The notes below the pieces were generated by a model. That model was not told where the DNA came from. It ran no database searches and saw nothing but the letters and a program-made list of their open reading frames with translations. The position numbers were made by a program, and so were the translations under genes. A DNA stretch of 35,648 nt from Methyloceanibacter sp. (GTDB taxonomy: Bacteria > Pseudomonadota > Alphaproteobacteria > Rhizobiales > Methyloligellaceae), in contig JAWOJH010000183.1 of NCBI GenBank assembly GCA_046481725.1, positions 1-35,648 of the forward strand, given 5' to 3'. Position 1 is the first letter of the stretch, and the number at the start of each line of letters is the position of its first letter. Of this stretch, positions 25,918 to 35,002 are shown piece by piece.

Positions 25918-27149
25918 CCGGCCATATGCGCGTCGGCTTCCATGCTCCCGACACGGTGGAGGAGCTGGCCTATCTCGTCGCCGAGGCCGCCGACACGCGC
26001 ACGCCGCTGGAGGTGATGGGGCACGGCACCAAGCGCGAGGTCGGCCGCCCGGGGCAGCATGGCGCGGTGCTGAGCACCGAGAAACTGGTCGGCGTGTCGC
26101 TCTACGAGCCGAGCGAGCTCACCCTGGTGGCCATGGCCGGCACGCCGGTGGCCGAGATCGAACGGCTGCTGGCCGAGAACGACCAGGAATTCCCCTTCGA
26201 GCCGCTCGACCTCGGTCCCGTGCTCGGCTTCGGCCCGGGTCAGGCGACGCTCGGCGGTCTGGTCGCCACCAACCTGTCCGGCAGCCGCCGCATTCTCAGG
26301 GGCTCGGTGCGCGATCACGTGCTCGGCGTGCAGGCGGTCAACGGCCAGGGCGAGACGGTGCGGGCCGGGGGGCGGGTGATGAAGAACGTCACCGGCTACG
26401 ATCTTGCCCGCACGCTGGCCGGCTCCTGGGGTACGCTCGGGGTGATGACCGAAATCGCGCTCAAGGTGCTTCCGATGCAACGCGAGGTGCGCACCGTGCT
26501 CTGTTTCGGGCTGGCCGATCCGAACGGGGTGGAGGCGCTCTGCCTTGCCCATGGCACGCCCTTCGAGGTCTCCGGCACCATCCATATGCATGCCGAATTG
26601 GCCGAGCGCCTGTCCGATCAGGAGATCGCCAATGCCGGCGCCTCGGTCACCGCCATCAGGGTGGAGAACTTCCCGGCTTCCGCCCGCTATCGCTCCAGCC
26701 GCCTCAAGCAGATGCTCCAGGCCTATGCGCCGGCGCTCGAGCTCGACACCGCGCGCAGCCGCGCCTTCTGGGAGGAGGTGCGCGCGCTGAAGATGTTCCA
26801 GAAGCCCCCCTTGCCGCTGTGGCGCATCTCCACTTTGCCCTCCGAGGCGCCGAAGCTGGTCTCGAGTCTCTCCCGCAAGCTCGACATCCGGGTGATGTAT
26901 GACTGGTCCGGCGGCTTGATCTGGCTGGAGACGCCGCCCATCTCCGACGCCGGCGCGGTCGAGATCCGCCGCACCCTTGCCGAAATCGGCGGCCATGCCA
27001 CACTGATCCGCGCCGAGGCGCCGTCGCGGGCGCAGATCGACGTGTTTCAGCCGCTGGACCAGGGGCTCATGGTGCTGACCGCCGCGGTGAAGAAAGCCTT
27101 CGATCCCGTAGGCATTCTCAATCCCGGCCGCATGTATCCGGGCATCTAG
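25914..27149 (+). CDS. glcE: Glycolate oxidase subunit GlcE
   Basis: YEPSEL, GGRVMKNVTGYDL, GSWGTLG, GGHATLIR and FDPVGILNPGR. GTG 25914 overlaps the glcD stop (ATG 25926 is the alternative). Confidence 0.92.
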   Translation: MTGHMRVGFHAPDTVEELAYLVAEAADTRTPLEVMGHGTKREVGRPGQHGAVLSTEKLVGVSLYEPSELTLVAMAGTPVAEIERLLAENDQEFPFEPLDLGPVLGFGPGQATLGGLVATNLSGSRRILRGSVRDHVLGVQAVNGQGETVRAGGRVMKNVTGYDLARTLAGSWGTLGVMTEIALKVLPMQREVRTVLCFGLADPNGVEALCLAHGTPFEVSGTIHMHAELAERLSDQEIANAGASVTAIRVENFPASARYRSSRLKQMLQAYAPALELDTARSRAFWEEVRALKMFQKPPLPLWRISTLPSEAPKLVSSLSRKLDIRVMYDWSGGLIWLETPPISDAGAVEIRRTLAEIGGHATLIRAEAPSRAQIDVFQPLDQGLMVLTAAVKKAFDPVGILNPGRMYPGI

Positions 27150-27159
27150 GGCGGGGACC

Positions 27160-28521
27160 ATGCAGACCAATTTCAACGCCGTTCAACTCGCCGACCCGAC
27201 CATCGCCCGCGCCGACGAAATCTTGCGGCGCTGCGTGCATTGCGGGCTCTGCACCGCGACTTGCCCGACCTATGTGCTGACCGGCGACGAGCGCGATTCC
27301 CCGCGCGGCCGCATCTACTTCATGAAGCAGATGTTCGAGGAGCGCGAGGTCACGCCGTCGATGACCCATCACATCGACCGCTGCCTCTCTTGCTTCTCCT
27401 GCATGACCACCTGTCCCTCCGGCGTCGACTATATGCATCTCGTCGATCTGGCCCGCGTGCGCATCGAGGCGAAGGGCCACCGCACACCGCGCCAGCGCGG
27501 CTTGCGCTGGGCGCTGAGCAAGATTTTGCCGCATCCGCGGCGCTTCCGCATGGCGATGCGGCTTGGCTGGCTGCTGCGCCCGTTCCGCGGGCTGGTCGCC
27601 CGCGCAGGGCTGGAGCGGCCGGCCGCGGCGCTGGAGCTGATCCCGTCGCGGCCGCTGAGGACCCAGATGACCAGGCCCAAATCCGCGCTCGGCAAGGACC
27701 CCAAGGCGAAGCGGGTGGCGCTGATGCTCGGCTGCGTGCAGGAAGTGCTGGCGCCCTCGATCAACCGCGCCGCGATCCGGCTGCTTCGCCGGCACGGTGT
27801 CGACGTCGTCGTCGTCAAGGACGAGACCTGCTGCGGCGCGCTGGTGCATTCGCTCGGCAAGGACGAGGAGGCCCGCGCCTTCGCCCGCCGCAATATCGAC
27901 GCCTGGACCGCGGTGATCCGCGAGAAGCCGCTCGACGCCATCGTCGTGACCACCTCCGGCTGCGGCACCCTGGTCAAGGATTACGGCAATCTGCTCGCCC
28001 GCGACCGGGGCTATGCCGAGCGCGCCGCCTATGTCGGCAAGCTGGCCCGCGACATCACCGAACTGATCGACGAGATCGGCCTGATGCCGCCGGTGCTGTG
28101 GACCGGCCTGCGCATCGCCTACCACGCGCCCTGTTCGCTCCAGCACGGGCAAAAGCTCGCCGAATTGCCGCTCACCCTGCTGGAGCAGGCCGGCTTCAAT
28201 ATCCTGCAGATTCCGGAGGGCCATCTCTGCTGCGGTTCGGCCGGCACCTATAATCTGCTGGAGCCGGAGCTGTCGGGCCAGCTGCGCGAGCGGAAGCTGG
28301 CCAATATCGCGCGCGTCGAGCCCGAATTGATCGTCACCGCCAATATCGGTTGCATGATGCAGCTCCAAGGCGGCACCAAGGCGCCCTTCGTGCACACCAT
28401 CGAGATGCTCGACTGGGCCACCGGCGGCCCGGCCCCTGAAGCGCTCGGCTCGCTTAAGGACAAGGGCCATCCGATCGAGGCGCTGGTCGAGTTCGCCAAG
28501 CAGACGGCCATGGCCGACTGA
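27160..28521 (+). CDS. glcF: Glycolate oxidase iron-sulfur subunit
   Basis: MQTNF start, CVHCGLCTATCP, CLSCFSCMTTCPSGV and two CCG domains. Confidence 0.95.
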   Translation: MQTNFNAVQLADPTIARADEILRRCVHCGLCTATCPTYVLTGDERDSPRGRIYFMKQMFEEREVTPSMTHHIDRCLSCFSCMTTCPSGVDYMHLVDLARVRIEAKGHRTPRQRGLRWALSKILPHPRRFRMAMRLGWLLRPFRGLVARAGLERPAAALELIPSRPLRTQMTRPKSALGKDPKAKRVALMLGCVQEVLAPSINRAAIRLLRRHGVDVVVVKDETCCGALVHSLGKDEEARAFARRNIDAWTAVIREKPLDAIVVTTSGCGTLVKDYGNLLARDRGYAERAAYVGKLARDITELIDEIGLMPPVLWTGLRIAYHAPCSLQHGQKLAELPLTLLEQAGFNILQIPEGHLCCGSAGTYNLLEPELSGQLRERKLANIARVEPELIVTANIGCMMQLQGGTKAPFVHTIEMLDWATGGPAPEALGSLKDKGHPIEALVEFAKQTAMAD

Positions 28522-28525
28522 CGGC

Positions 28526-28553
28526 GGCACCTGACCCCTGGCACCTGGCACCT
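28526..28553 (+). repeat. Short heptamer tandem repeat
   Basis: GGCACCT-GACCCCT-GGCACCT-GGCACCT in the glcF-hisS spacer. Confidence 0.6.
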
Positions 28554-28606
28554 TGATGGGCTAGAAGCGGGCGGCTGGAGCCGTTTCGTCAGAATCAGCC
28601 AAAATC

Positions 28607-30058
28607 ATGAGCCAGAAGACCGAGCCTGCGCGGCCCGCGGCCCGCCTGCCGAAGGGCCTTTTCGACACATCCGCGAGCGAGCTTCGCGCGATCGCCGACA
28701 TGCTTGCCAAGATCGCGCAGGTGTTCGAGTCCTACGGCTTCGAGCCGCACGACACGCCGGCGATCGAATATTCCGACGCGCTCGGCAAGTTCCTGCCCGA
28801 TCAGGACCGGCCCAACGAAGGCGTGTTCTCCTTCAAGGACGAAGATGAGCAATGGCTGTCGCTGCGCTACGACCTGACCGCGCCGCTCGCCCGTTACGTC
28901 GCCGAGAATTTCCAGAGCCTGCCCAAGCCGTTCCGCCGCTACCAGTCGGGCCCGGTCTGGCGCAACGAGAAGCCGGGGCCGGGGCGCTATCGCCAATTCA
29001 TGCAGTTCGATGCCGACACGGTCGGCGCATCGTCGGTCGCCGCCGACGCCGAGCTTTGCATGCTGGCCGCCGACACGCTGGAAGCGCTCGGCGTGCCGCG
29101 CGGGCAATATGTGGTGAAGGTCGGGAATCGGAAGATTCTGGACGGCGTGCTCAACTCGATTGGATTGAATCCGGACGACACGAGCGAGCATCTCGCCGTG
29201 CTCCGCGCCATCGATAAGCTCGACCGGTTGGGTGTCGAGGGCGTTCGCGCGTTACTCGGGAAAGGCCGGAAAGACGAGTCCGGCGATTACACCAAAGGTG
29301 CGAATCTTGACGCGACTTCCATCGATGCCGTCATAGCCTTCGTCGAAGCCGACGAGCCGCCGGCGCGCGGTGCCGCCGGTGAAGCAGGCCGCGCCGAATT
29401 GGCTGGAATGGACTCGTTGTTCAAGGCGTCAGGTTTTGGCCGCGACCGGATCAAGTTCGATCCATCAGTCGTGCGTGGCTTGGAATATTACACCGGCCCG
29501 GTATTCGAGGCCGAGCTGCTCGCGCCGATCAAGGACGAGCGCGGCCAGCCGATCCGCCTCGGTTCGGTGGTGAGCGGCGGCCGCTATGACGGGCTGATCG
29601 AGCGCTTCACCGGCGAGAAGGTCCCGGCCACCGGCATCTCCATCGGCGTGTCGCGCCTGCTGTTCGGCCTCCAGCGGCTCGGCAAATATAAAGACAGCGC
29701 GCCGCAAGGCCCGGTGGTGGTGCTGGTGCTCGATCGCGAGCGCATCGCCGACTACCAGAAAATTGCGCAAGACCTGCGCCAGACCGGCATCCGCGCCGAA
29801 CTCTATCTCGGCGAGTCCGGCATGAAGGCGCAGATGAAATATGCCGACAAGCGCGGCGCCCCTTGCGTCGTCATTCAGGGGGGCGATGAGAAGGGGCGCG
29901 GCGAGGTGCAGATCAAGGACCTCGTACTCGGCGCCACGCTCAGCTCGATCGAGGACCGCGAGGACTATCTGCGGCAGCAGGCCGAGGCGCAGTTCGCCGT
30001 GCCCGAGGCCGATCTCGTCGCCGCGGTCCGCAAGGTCCTCTCCCGCCGTCAGGACTGA
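28607..30058 (+). CDS. hisS: Histidine--tRNA ligase, alphaproteobacterial type
   Basis: LRYDLTAP, motif 2 [36 protein letters not shown] and QMKYADK. Confidence 0.97.
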   Translation: MSQKTEPARPAARLPKGLFDTSASELRAIADMLAKIAQVFESYGFEPHDTPAIEYSDALGKFLPDQDRPNEGVFSFKDEDEQWLSLRYDLTAPLARYVAENFQSLPKPFRRYQSGPVWRNEKPGPGRYRQFMQFDADTVGASSVAADAELCMLAADTLEALGVPRGQYVVKVGNRKILDGVLNSIGLNPDDTSEHLAVLRAIDKLDRLGVEGVRALLGKGRKDESGDYTKGANLDATSIDAVIAFVEADEPPARGAAGEAGRAELAGMDSLFKASGFGRDRIKFDPSVVRGLEYYTGPVFEAELLAPIKDERGQPIRLGSVVSGGRYDGLIERFTGEKVPATGISIGVSRLLFGLQRLGKYKDSAPQGPVVVLVLDRERIADYQKIAQDLRQTGIRAELYLGESGMKAQMKYADKRGAPCVVIQGGDEKGRGEVQIKDLVLGATLSSIEDREDYLRQQAEAQFAVPEADLVAAVRKVLSRRQD

Positions 30059-30061
30059 ATC

Positions 30062-31231
30062 ATGGCCGCTGAATCGGCGAAAGAATTCGAGGCGCTCGAA
30101 GCCCAGGCCGCGACCCTGCTCGATACGTTCCGGCGATCAGGCTACGAGCAGGTTGCGCCTTCGATCATCCAGCCGGCCAATATCTTTCTCGACCGGATCG
30201 GCGAACAGCTCCGCAGCCGCACCTATGTGTTCAGCGATCTCGCCGGCGACGAACTCTGCCTCCGGCCGGACCTGACCGTGCCGGTGTCGCGGCTCTATCT
30301 GGAGCGGCACCCGGAAGCCGATGCGCCCGCCCGCTATTGCTATAACGGTCCCGCCTTCCGGTTCCAGCCGCAAGGCCGCAGCCAGACCCGCCCGCGCGAA
30401 TTCCGCCAGGCCGGCATCGAATGTTTCGGCGAGACCGACAAGGCCAAGGCCGATACCGAGATCGTGCTGCTTGCCGTCGAAGCGGTGCGGCGCGCGGGGC
30501 TCAAGCGTTTTCGCCTCCGGTTCGGCGACATCGCCTTGTTCTACGCGCTGCTCGACGCGCTGTCGCTGCCCGAGCGCTGGCGGCTCAAGCTCAGCCACTA
30601 TTTCTGGCGGCCGCAGGCCTTTCATGCCCTGCTGTCGCGGCTGGCAAAGGGCGAGCGCCCCGACGGCGGCGGTCCCGTTGCCGCGCTCGCCGAGGATATT
30701 GCCGGGCTCAAGCCGGAGCGGGCTGAAGAACGCGTCGCCGCCTATCTCGATGCGCAAGGGCTGCCGCTCTCCGGCAACCGGACCCTCGGCGAGATCAGCG
30801 CCCGGCTTGCCGACCATGGCGCCGATCTCAAGGCCGAGCCCTTGCCGCGCGAGGTGGCAACCGTGATCGACTATTACCTGGCCGTCTCGGGCCCGCCGCG
30901 CGAGGCGATCGACCGCATCGCCATGATCGCCAAAGGCGCAGGGCTGAAGCTCGGCCCGGCGCTCGATGCCGTGACGCGCCGCTTCGAGCAGCTGCAGGCC
31001 GGCGGCATCGACTTGGCGCAGACGGACTTCACCGCCGAATTCGGCCGCAGCCTCGAATATTACTCCGGCATGCTGTTCCAGATTGAAATTCCGGGCTTCG
31101 ACGATGCGGTCGGCGGCGGCGGGCGCTACGACCGCCTGCTGTCTTATTTTGGCGCGCCCAAGGACGTGCCGGCCATCGGCTCGGCGCTGCACACCGAACG
31201 CCTGCTCGTTGCCGCGCGGAGCGACGCCTGA
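30062..31231 (+). CDS. hisZ: ATP phosphoribosyltransferase regulatory subunit
   Basis: HisRS-like LRPDLTVP, REFRQAGIE, EYYSG and GGGRYD; no anticodon domain; directly before hisG. Confidence 0.93.
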   Translation: MAAESAKEFEALEAQAATLLDTFRRSGYEQVAPSIIQPANIFLDRIGEQLRSRTYVFSDLAGDELCLRPDLTVPVSRLYLERHPEADAPARYCYNGPAFRFQPQGRSQTRPREFRQAGIECFGETDKAKADTEIVLLAVEAVRRAGLKRFRLRFGDIALFYALLDALSLPERWRLKLSHYFWRPQAFHALLSRLAKGERPDGGGPVAALAEDIAGLKPERAEERVAAYLDAQGLPLSGNRTLGEISARLADHGADLKAEPLPREVATVIDYYLAVSGPPREAIDRIAMIAKGAGLKLGPALDAVTRRFEQLQAGGIDLAQTDFTAEFGRSLEYYSGMLFQIEIPGFDDAVGGGGRYDRLLSYFGAPKDVPAIGSALHTERLLVAARSDA

Positions 31232-31935
31232 TGGCCGCGAAACTCGCAATCGCCGTGCCGTCCAAGGGCCGCCTCAAGGAGCAGGCCGCGGAATTGTTTT
31301 CGCGCGCCGGCATGGCGCCGCGCGCCAAGGGCCATGAGCGCGGCTATCGGGGCACGCTTGCCGGCCTCGACGGGGTGGAAGTGGTCTACACCTCCGCCGC
31401 CGAGATCGTGCACGAGCTGAAATCGGGGCGGGTGCAGCTCGGCATCACCGGCGAGGACCTGATCCGCGAAACCCTCGCCGACGTGGACGGCTCGGTGGAA
31501 TTCCTGATGCCGCTCGGCTTCGGTGCCGCCGACGTGGTGGTGGCGGTGCCGGATTGCTGGATCGATGTCGAATGCATGGCCGATCTGGAAGACGTCGCCG
31601 CGCAGTTTGCCGCCGCGCACGGGCGCCGGCTGCGCGTTGCCACTAAATATATGAATCTGACCCGGCGCTTCTTCGCGGCGAACGGCGTGACCGGCTATCG
31701 CATCGTCGAGAGCGTCGGTGCCACCGAGGCAACGCCCGCCGCCGGCACCGCGGAGCTGATCGTCGACATCACCACCACCGGCACCACGCTCCGCGCCAAC
31801 GCGCTCAAGGTGCTCGGGGACGGGCTGATCCTGAAGTCGCGGGCGCATCTGTTCGCCTCGCGCGCCGCGCGCTGGGATGCCGGCGCCACGAAGCTCCGCG
31901 CCGCCATCCTCGAGAAATTGGCTTCAGTTGCGTGA
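31231..31935 (+). CDS. hisG: ATP phosphoribosyltransferase, short form
   Basis: AVPSKGRL, GITGEDL, VATKY, GATEATP and IVDITTTGTTLRAN. 234 aa. Confidence 0.96.
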   Translation: MAAKLAIAVPSKGRLKEQAAELFSRAGMAPRAKGHERGYRGTLAGLDGVEVVYTSAAEIVHELKSGRVQLGITGEDLIRETLADVDGSVEFLMPLGFGAADVVVAVPDCWIDVECMADLEDVAAQFAAAHGRRLRVATKYMNLTRRFFAANGVTGYRIVESVGATEATPAAGTAELIVDITTTGTTLRANALKVLGDGLILKSRAHLFASRAARWDAGATKLRAAILEKLASVA

Positions 31936-32014
31936 CGTTTCGCCCGCTCTCGCCTTGGGGGAGAACCCGCGAGGTAAATGGCGGACCAAGCGGGAAGCCG
32001 GTAATCTCGGCCGC

Positions 32015-32725
32015 ATGACGATTCGCCTGGCGCTCGCCGCGCTCCTCACTTTTGCCGTCGCTCAAGCCGCGCTCGCCGCGCCGTCGCGCATCATCATTTT
32101 GCGTCATGGCGAGAAGGCCGACGACTGGAAGCTCTGCGAAGTCGGCCAGCAGCGGGCCAAGGCTCTGGCGCTGAACTATCTCGGCAAGGACGCCGCGAAG
32201 TCGCTGTTTCCCGATGGGGAGGAGCCGGCCTTCTTCTTCGCCATCACCCTGCACACATTGGAGCTTGCCACGCCGGCAGTGAACAGCTGGTCGAAGCCGC
32301 TCATTCTCTATTCGGTGGTGCCGGGGAGCGACCGGGACGCTTTCGTCAAATCGCTCAACCGCCGCACCCAGGAGGCGGCGCGCAACATCCTGTCCAACCC
32401 GGCACTCAAGGGCAAGACCGTGGTGATGGTGTGGGAGCACGAGCACATCGCCAACGAGAAGCTGGAGGCGAAGTTCGAGGGGCAGGCGGTGACCCTGCGC
32501 CAGCTGTTCAAGCTCGACATCCTGCCCGGCGTGCCCAAGACCTGGCCCGACGAGACGTTCGATTATTTCTGGATCGTCGATTTCCCGGAGAACTCGAACG
32601 TGCCGTCGCGCTTCGCCATGCAGAAGCAGGACTTCGGCAAGTCCTTCCCGCAAGTGCCGAGCAATGATTGGGGCGCGCCCGACGGGCTCGACGCTGCGAG
32701 CGGTTGCAAGACCGAAACCGACTGA
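32015..32725 (+). CDS. Secreted histidine-phosphatase (phosphoglycerate mutase-like) family protein
   Basis: Signal peptide MTIRLALAALLTFAVAQAALA, IIILRHGEK, G..RA and VMVWEHEHI. Confidence 0.8.
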   Translation: MTIRLALAALLTFAVAQAALAAPSRIIILRHGEKADDWKLCEVGQQRAKALALNYLGKDAAKSLFPDGEEPAFFFAITLHTLELATPAVNSWSKPLILYSVVPGSDRDAFVKSLNRRTQEAARNILSNPALKGKTVVMVWEHEHIANEKLEAKFEGQAVTLRQLFKLDILPGVPKTWPDETFDYFWIVDFPENSNVPSRFAMQKQDFGKSFPQVPSNDWGAPDGLDAASGCKTETD

Positions 32726-32737
32726 CGTCGATCCGCC

Positions 32738-32956
32738 TCAGATCAGGTCGCCGAGATACGGCCACCGATAAGTGCAGGAGCGGTATTGCTCCCGGCAGCG
32801 CTTGACGCAGCGCGGCCGCCCCTGGCAGCGCGCGAGGCAAGCATTGTGGCGCTGCTTGCAGAAATTCTGCGCCGCCTGGGCTTGGCCTGTGCCTGCGCCA
32901 AGCTCCAAAAGGGTCAGCGTCAGAGCCAAAGCCAATAGGGCGATCACCATCTTCAT
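32738..32956 (-). CDS. Small secreted Cys-rich cationic peptide (72 aa precursor)
   Basis: GAGGT RBS, signal peptide ending AQA, six Cys spaced C-X6-C-X3-C-X5-C-X3-C-X6-C. Confidence 0.75.
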   Translation of the reverse strand: MKMVIALLALALTLTLLELGAGTGQAQAAQNFCKQRHNACLARCQGRPRCVKRCREQYRSCTYRWPYLGDLI

Positions 32957-33028
32957 GTCGCTTACCTCGCGGCCGAGAATCGCCAAACAGAATACGGCAG
33001 GATGACGCGTGACAGAAGAGCGTTGCGC

Positions 33029-34807
33029 CTAACCCAAGGTCAAATCGAGCGCTTCCGGCGCACGCTTGCCGGCGGCGGGCGCCGTCTCGGTCAGATGATG
33101 CCGGCCGCTTCCATCGGGACGAAGCTCGAAGAAGCGGCCATGGAACGCGATCAGGCTCGATCGGTGGCCGATCGAGACGATCGCCGATCGGGGCAGACGG
33201 TCGGTCAGCAGGCGGTAGAGCTCCGCCTCCGAAGCCTCGTCGAGCGCGGCGGTTGCCTCGTCCAGAAACAGCCATTGCGGCTTTTGCAGCAGCGCGCGGG
33301 CGATGGAGAGGCGCTGCTGCTCGCCGCCCGACAGCTTGTCCGCCCAATAGGCCGTCTCGTCGAGCTCGCCCTTCAGGCGAGCAAGCCCCACCGCATCGAG
33401 CGCCGCTTCGATCTCGGCGGGGGCGAACGAAGCTACCGGGGCAGGATAGGCAAGCGCCCCGCGCAAGGTGCCGAGCGGCAGATAGGGACGCTGCGGCAGG
33501 ACGAGCACGCTCGCGCCTTTCGGCACCCGGATCGCGCCCGTGCCGAACGGCCACACCCCGCCGAGCGCCCGGAACAGGCTGGTCTTGCCCGCGCCCGACG
33601 GCCCGGTCACCAGCACCCGGTCGCCGGGTGCGATGGTCAGCCCCTTGAGCCGCACGATCTCCTGGCCGTTGGGCAATCCCACCGCAAGATCGTCGACCTC
33701 CAACTGAACCGCGCCGTCGGTGGCGAATTCCAGTCGCGGCGCGGTGCCGTCCAGACCCTGCGCCCAGCCGATCGATGCCTCGAACCCGGACAGCCGGTCG
33801 AGCACCGCTTTCCATTCCGCGATCTCGCTATAGGCCCTCACGAAGAAGGACAGCGAGCTCTGCACTTGGCTGAAGGCCTGCGAAATCTGCATCAACCCGC
33901 CAAGCGTCAGCGAGCCGAAGAAATAGACCGGACTGACCACGAGGAACGGAAAGATGACCGCGACCTGGTTATAGCCGGCGGTGAGGAAGGTCAGTCGCTT
34001 CATCCGGCTCATAATGCCGAACCAGTTGCGCATGACATTGCCGAACCGGTCGCGCAGGCGCTCCTCCTCGGCCGGCTCGCCTGACAGCAAGGTCACTTCC
34101 TCCGCGTTCTCGCGCAAGCGCACCAGCGAGAAGCGGAAGTCGGCCTCGTAGCGCTGCTGATCGAAATTGAGCTGGATCAGCGGGCGGCCGACGAGGTGCG
34201 TCACCCAGGTGCCGAGCACGGCATAGATCAGCGCCGCCCAGACCAGATAGCCGGGGATCGCGATCGAGCTCTGGCCGATCATCAGCGGCGTCTCGGCGGA
34301 CAAGACCCACAGGATCACCACGAAAGAGACGAGGGTGACGATGGAGCCCAGCAGGGCAATGCCGATATCGAGCGTGGAATTGATGAACAGGCGAATGTCG
34401 TCGGCGATGCGCTGATCGGGATTGTCGGCCTGATCGCCCTTCAGCCGCATGCGGTAATGCGTGCCCTGACCGAGCCAGCGGCCGAGATAGGCATGGGTGA
34501 GCCATTTCCGCCACCGGATCTGCAGCCATTGCTGGAGATAGAGCTGATAGACGGCGCTGACGATGAAGAAGGCGGCGAGCAGGGTGAACACGCCGAGCTG
34601 CCAGATGAACGTGTCCCAGTCCTTGTTTTGCAGCGCCGTGTAGAAGGTATTGTACCAGGCGTTGAACCGCACGTTCAGCCAGACCTGAAACAGTTGCAGG
34701 CCGATCACGACCGCGAGCAACCCGCGCCCCACCCACCGGTCTTCCGACCGGAAATAGGGCAGGGCGATGCGGCTGAATTCCCGGTAGGTGTTCTTGAAGT
34801 TCGCCAT
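33029..34807 (-). CDS. Fused permease/ATPase ABC transporter, YddA/BclA/ExsE (SbmA/BacA-related) family
   Basis: LQIRWRKWLT, DNPDQRI, EADFRFSL, Walker A GPSGAGKT, LSGGEQQR, Walker B LFLDEAT and SIGHR. Start placed at ATG 34807. Confidence 0.92.
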   Translation of the reverse strand: MANFKNTYREFSRIALPYFRSEDRWVGRGLLAVVIGLQLFQVWLNVRFNAWYNTFYTALQNKDWDTFIWQLGVFTLLAAFFIVSAVYQLYLQQWLQIRWRKWLTHAYLGRWLGQGTHYRMRLKGDQADNPDQRIADDIRLFINSTLDIGIALLGSIVTLVSFVVILWVLSAETPLMIGQSSIAIPGYLVWAALIYAVLGTWVTHLVGRPLIQLNFDQQRYEADFRFSLVRLRENAEEVTLLSGEPAEEERLRDRFGNVMRNWFGIMSRMKRLTFLTAGYNQVAVIFPFLVVSPVYFFGSLTLGGLMQISQAFSQVQSSLSFFVRAYSEIAEWKAVLDRLSGFEASIGWAQGLDGTAPRLEFATDGAVQLEVDDLAVGLPNGQEIVRLKGLTIAPGDRVLVTGPSGAGKTSLFRALGGVWPFGTGAIRVPKGASVLVLPQRPYLPLGTLRGALAYPAPVASFAPAEIEAALDAVGLARLKGELDETAYWADKLSGGEQQRLSIARALLQKPQWLFLDEATAALDEASEAELYRLLTDRLPRSAIVSIGHRSSLIAFHGRFFELRPDGSGRHHLTETAPAAGKRAPEALDLTLG

Positions 34808-34934
34808 CTGGCGGATCGGCTCTAAGCAAGCTGCTGGACGCAGGCAAAACTTGCCGACGATACGGCCAAATCGCCGGCGGCGGGAAATTAGGTTTGCGTA
34901 AGAGTGGGGTGATCGCGGGGCGTCCCCCTGCGGC

Positions 34935-34964
34935 AAAAAGGGGCGGCCAAACAGGCCGCCCCTT
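34935..34964 (-). terminator. Rho-independent terminator of groEL
   Basis: Minus strand: GGGGCGGCC-tgttt-GGCCGCCCC followed by TTTTT. Confidence 0.88.
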
Positions 34965-35002
34965 GAGCAATTCCGGCCGTTTCGGGCCTGTTGGCGAAAG
35001 GA

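Noticed and set aside
22604-28551. Long antisense ORFs (e.g. 22604-23791, 25686-27176, 27118-28551, and similar ones across the window)
   Set aside because: They mirror real genes, as expected when high GC3 removes antisense stops. No recognisable motifs.
28539-28556. Sigma54 promoter suggested by TGGCAC
   Set aside because: No TTGC at the required -12 spacing; the motif comes from the heptamer repeat.
30062-31231. Second histidyl-tRNA synthetase (duplication)
   Set aside because: It lacks the anticodon-binding domain and precedes short-form hisG, so it is the standard HisZ.
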